A DNA stretch of 64,000 nt. Source: Veleropilina oligotropha (Eukaryota). The DNA lies in the NCBI GenBank assembly GCA_048128005.1, contig JBEUKZ010000085.1:248001-312000 (forward strand). Reading direction: 5' to 3'. Positions within the stretch are counted from its first letter, which is position 1. Every line of letters starts with the position of its first letter. A program made the translations under genes and the position numbers. Below the pieces are notes generated by a model. It did no database searches. It was not told the origin of the DNA and saw only the letters and a list, made by a program, of their open reading frames with translations. Shown piece by piece: positions 59,465 through 64,000 of the stretch.

Positions 59465-61115
59465 AAATTGAAAAAGTGCTTATTGCAAATAATATTTTTT
59501 TATGCATGGTTAACTTAATGTCTGTAAATATAGAATAGGTGTCATGATATAATTGGAAATGAGTGAAATGCGTCAATAATGTTTATCAATTTTTATTTCA
59601 CTGAAATAAGATCAGGTTTATTTTTTCGTGATAATGTGACAGTGTGTATTGTATAAATTTCTGATAAAAGATTATTCGTTGATCATGCAATTTAATCCTT
59701 TTATTTATTACTATATATACATATATATATATTTACGTAGTTATCATCATGTTATTGTCCCCAGCCATCTGTCGGGCGGACGGGGGACATAGAATCCGCG
59801 TCCGTGCATCCATCTGTCCATCCGTCCCGGATTTTCAGCAATTTTGAACATAGTGTCTGGAAGCATATGGCTGTGGTCTATTTCTCACAATTTTTTTTTT
59901 CATTTAGAGAAATGGTAGCTTTCTGAAACTGAGCTGAGGGTGACACATACATGTCCTTTCGATTTGTCACACCTCCACCCCCACCCCTCATGCTGCCCCC
60001 CCCCCCCCCCGCCCCCCCCAAAATGTTTATGAAGAAGTTACATGATTTATTTTTGCTAAGCCTACACACTATAGCAGTTATTCTGAAAAGTTTAATTATG
60101 CCTTGAAATATTGAGGATAGAAAGGAAGCAGATATAGTATGTAAGTATTATGTTTGTATGATGAAAGGGACATTTGCTTATCTGTAAGACTTGCTCACTG
60201 CCGATAGGCACAGTAAGCTGTTAAGCTTAATGGTCACTTTGAGCAGCTGGGATTATCAAAATCTGATGGATTTTGAACACTGGCTTCCCCATTGGTTTAT
60301 TCCATGGGTATCTTGAGATGGCAGTATATATTGCCATAACATGAACAGACTGTATCCAGTGTCTAATATCACCCTCCTCAACTGGTCAAGGTTAGAGTCA
60401 TTATCGGTATACTATTTTATCATGGATTGGCTGCTAAATTTATTTAATCTCGAGCATATAATAATAAGATTTTGTCTTTATTTCTGTTTCTCTGAAACTT
60501 TAAGTTTTACAATAACTATATTAGGATCAGCAATTCATGAGTAGTACTTCTGAATTCTTACTTTATAAACTGAAAATGTTGCCCTTTTCAAAGTAAACGG
60601 GGATGAGTGAGGCATGTAATTTCGCAGAATTTATTTTTTTGGTGACTTTTCAGCACTTCTGAACATAGGCTCTGGAAGCATAGATGTGATCTATTTTCTC
60701 ACAATTATTTCATATAGAGAATTTCTAGCTTTCTCAAACATTACCTATCAATTAATCACATCAAAGTTATGAATCATAGTTGTCCGGTAACTGGCCCAAA
60801 AGGGCGGGTTTCACCGGGCGACCGGGCTTTCTTCCCGCAATAATACGGACATGTCCTGGTTTGAACCTAAATAGGTTGGAAATATACAGGACAATAAGCA
60901 TTGATCCTTTTTCCTTTTCGAATATGGGGAATGTTTTTTTGAAATTTATGGATTTTTTGCGATTTTATACATTACAAGTCTCTGCAAGCATGGACGTTGT
61001 CAATTTTGTCACATGCACTTATATTTTCAGAGATGCTAGCTTTCTGAAACTTTACAGATCAATTAACCCCATCAAGGGGTAGATCAGGTTCAATTATTGG
61101 GGATTTTGTTAAACC

Positions 61116-62292
61116 TTTATTATGCCCCGTCCGACTTTAGTCGGTCTAGGGAGCATCATGCTTTTGGTATGTCCGGCCGTGTGTCCGTCCGTCCGTCCGT
61201 GACACATTAGATCTCATGGATCTTTATCCATGTTACTGAGAGGCCACTTCCCCCAAACTTGACATATTAACAGATATACGATTAAACTATCATGAGTTTG
61301 AATATTGATTGAATATTTTAATTTTTTCAATGTTTTGGTCTCTGAAGTATAAATTACATATAAGAAAGTCACCTATTATTTTTGCTGATAACAAGTAACC
61401 ACCGCTGTCAACTTTCTTACACTAACAGATATAAGTTTGAACTATCATGAGTTCGAATATTGAATGAAAATTTTATTTATTTCATGTTTTATTGGGGCTT
61501 TGGACTTAGCCTATGGAGCACAATTTATATACAATAAAGTCACCTATTATTTTTGATGTTGATCTCAAACCACTTCCTTCAGCTTTTGTATACTAACAGA
61601 TATAAGTTTGATCTATCACGAGTTCAAATATTGAATGAATGTTTTAATTATTTCCATGTTTTATTGGGTTTTTGGACATAGCCTATGGAGCACAATTTAT
61701 ATACAAGAAAGTCACCTATTATTTTTGCTGTTTATCTCAAACCACTTCCTTCAGCTTTTGTATACTAACAGATATAAGTTTGATCTATCACGAGTTCAAA
61801 TATTGAACGAATTGTTTAATTATTTCCATGTTTTATTGGGTTTTTGGACATAGCCTATGGAGCACAATTTATTTCCAAGAAAGTCACCTATTATTTTTGC
61901 TGTTGATCTCAAACCACTTCCTTCAGCTTTTGTATACTAACAGATATAAGTTTGATCTATCATGAGTTCAAATATTGAATGAATGTTTTAACTATTTCCA
62001 TGTTTTATTGGGTTTTTGGACATAAAACTATGGAGCACAATTTATTTCCAAGAAAGTCGCCTATTATTTTTGCTGTTGATCTTAAACCACTTCCTTCAGC
62101 TTTTGTTTACTAACAGATATAAGTTTGAACTGTCATGAGTTCGAATATTAAATGGAAATTTTAATTATTGCTTATACATTAATAAGTACAGTTACATTTC
62201 TCCCTATTAGTTATGTAAACAACCAAAATTCATATCACTTGGCAAGCTTATATGGGGGCATTCCATGTTCCGGGGAACATATATTTCTAGTT
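61116..62292. mobile_element. HINE-type element with about 177-bp tandem array (about 5 copies), nested in another HINE
   Basis: ATGCCCC / GGGGCAT IR, (GTCC)n microsatellite, repeated CTAACAGATATAAGTTTGA units, hairpin ATGTTCC..GGAACAT and CTAGTT. Confidence 0.75.
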
Positions 62293-64000
62293 TATTGCTG
62301 ACTTTTGCTGATTTAAAAAAAACATAGTCTTTGGATGTATGAAATTTATCAATTTATCAATTTTCCATTTATAGAAATGTTAGCTTTCTGAAACTTCACA
62401 GATCAACTAACCACATAATGGGATGGATAAAGTTTGAATAATGAAAATTATTTAATTTATGTACTTGAAGTATATTTACACTTAGTCTCTGGGTACATAT
62501 CTATCTCTTTAGCCTCTGATGGCAGGAAATCTTTCTTAAATCTCATTGAGTTACTGATACACAGCGTGCAAAAATATATATGCGGTCAATATTGAATAAT
62601 ACGGGCGGGGGACAATCGCCACTTAGTGGCAATCACTTGTTTATTTATGACTTTAAAAGGCATACATTTGTTATAATGTATACATACGATTGTTGCATAA
62701 TATTAATAATTATATATTATAATAATTTGGTGAAATCCTAGGTCATATTTGTTACATATATTTTCTAATTGTTGTTTTTTAATGAATTTTATCTTTAATT
62801 CTATTTGTACCTAGTACACATGTCAATCTTCACTGTAAAGTATTTTTGGTGTCCAAATGTTTCCTTTATTCTTAATGCATGTAGCATTCCTTCTTTGTAT
62901 ATGCCATGCACCTTTTGAAATGCAACAGTACGTGTCTGTCTTTCTGCATTTTTACATGTCACATGCTTGTTTGCTGCGTTTTAATTTTTCAACTATTCTA
63001 TTAAAGTAGAAATTTAAATACAGAGCTAGTAATACAAATGAAATATTAAGCATAAGAGAGTAAGTAATACATGTAATAATATTGAAAAATTCTAGACGTT
63101 AGATTATACGACAAAAATGGTTTCATTTGTTCTAGCAGAATTGCATAAACCAAGATATCGTGGAAGCGCATGGTAGTAGATTAACAAACTTGAAGAACTA
63201 ATGAAACCATGAAATCTAGTTTCAGCTGTCATGTCGTGCTATTGTTTCAATCCAACTTTCATACTGCCCACAGCAACTTCGGGCATCATTTCGAACCATC
63301 TTGATGTTATTTCCTTCTTCAAAAATGAGATCAATTGACATAAAATACATGTTAGGAGGAGAACATTTACCTCCTATGCATATCAATACCTTCACCATGG
63401 TCTTCCATACGAAGCGTCACAAGAATATAATCTGGTAGTCCCTCCGAAATTTGAAAATAAAGCTTCAATCGCTGACCTAAATGTAGGTTAGACCATGCTA
63501 AAGAGTGTACATATGCTGAATAGACACAGTTTTCCACCGTTGATAAAGTGTGAAATCTGACCATTGTTCGAGTGTGAAGAACGAGTACAATTGTCAGATT
63601 TCGCACTTAATCAGTGGCGGAAAACTATCTATCCTGCATATTCACGAGTCACATGGTCTAACCGATTTAGGCGATTTATATTAGGTCTTCTTCATGTAAG
63701 AGTACGAAGACGATGTTGGAATTTCTGAATTTAGAGATTTTTTATGTGGAATGTTCGATTTAGAATTCCAAGGTGATTTTACTTCTTCGAAGAATGTAGT
63801 AAAGACCACCCAATTTTGCATGTATCTAGGTGTGATATTTGTCTCTGTTTACTGCATTTCATGTAATGCTCTGCGAATTTTAATTTAAATGTGTATATAT
63901 AATACAATATAAAGTTTTCATGAATTGTGTCATCCTTTTGACAATTATTGCCTCGAATATTATTTATGTGTACTGTAAATATTTAAACATATTTTAAACT

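Noticed and set aside
63100..63800. Possible kinase or transposase relic on the minus strand (GQRLKLYFQISEGL)
   Set aside because: Only a vague resemblance, many stops in all frames, and no catalytic motifs.

Overview
AT-rich animal genomic DNA (invertebrate; the repeat families and gene structures suggest a mollusc-like lophotrochozoan, which is an inference). 1-9061 is the GC-rich right end of a Maverick/Polinton (adintovirus-like) element. A complete 7,443-bp DIRS1-type tyrosine-recombinase retrotransposon (406-7848) splits one of its ORFs precisely. The rest is repeat-dense host DNA (tRNA-derived SINEs, Helitron/Helentron-type non-autonomous elements, two Tc1 elements, a Harbinger MITE, a Penelope fragment, Crypton-like relics, minisatellites). 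It holds a head-to-head gene pair: 5-exon TMPPE (minus) and a 4-exon JmjC/cupin-type gene (plus). Each carries an antisense gene nested in an intron. The most unusual observations are: (1) an intronless non-histone ORF ending in a canonical histone 3' stem-loop with a downstream purine-rich element; (2) a Penelope copy with a clustered A-to-G signature resembling ADAR hyper-editing; (3) a 2.5-kb minisatellite built from an exon end plus its splice donor (49 donor copies); (4) a secreted cystine-knot-like ORF in the Maverick; (5) an intron-containing DUF1761 gene. All family assignments come from remembered motifs; no database searches were run.
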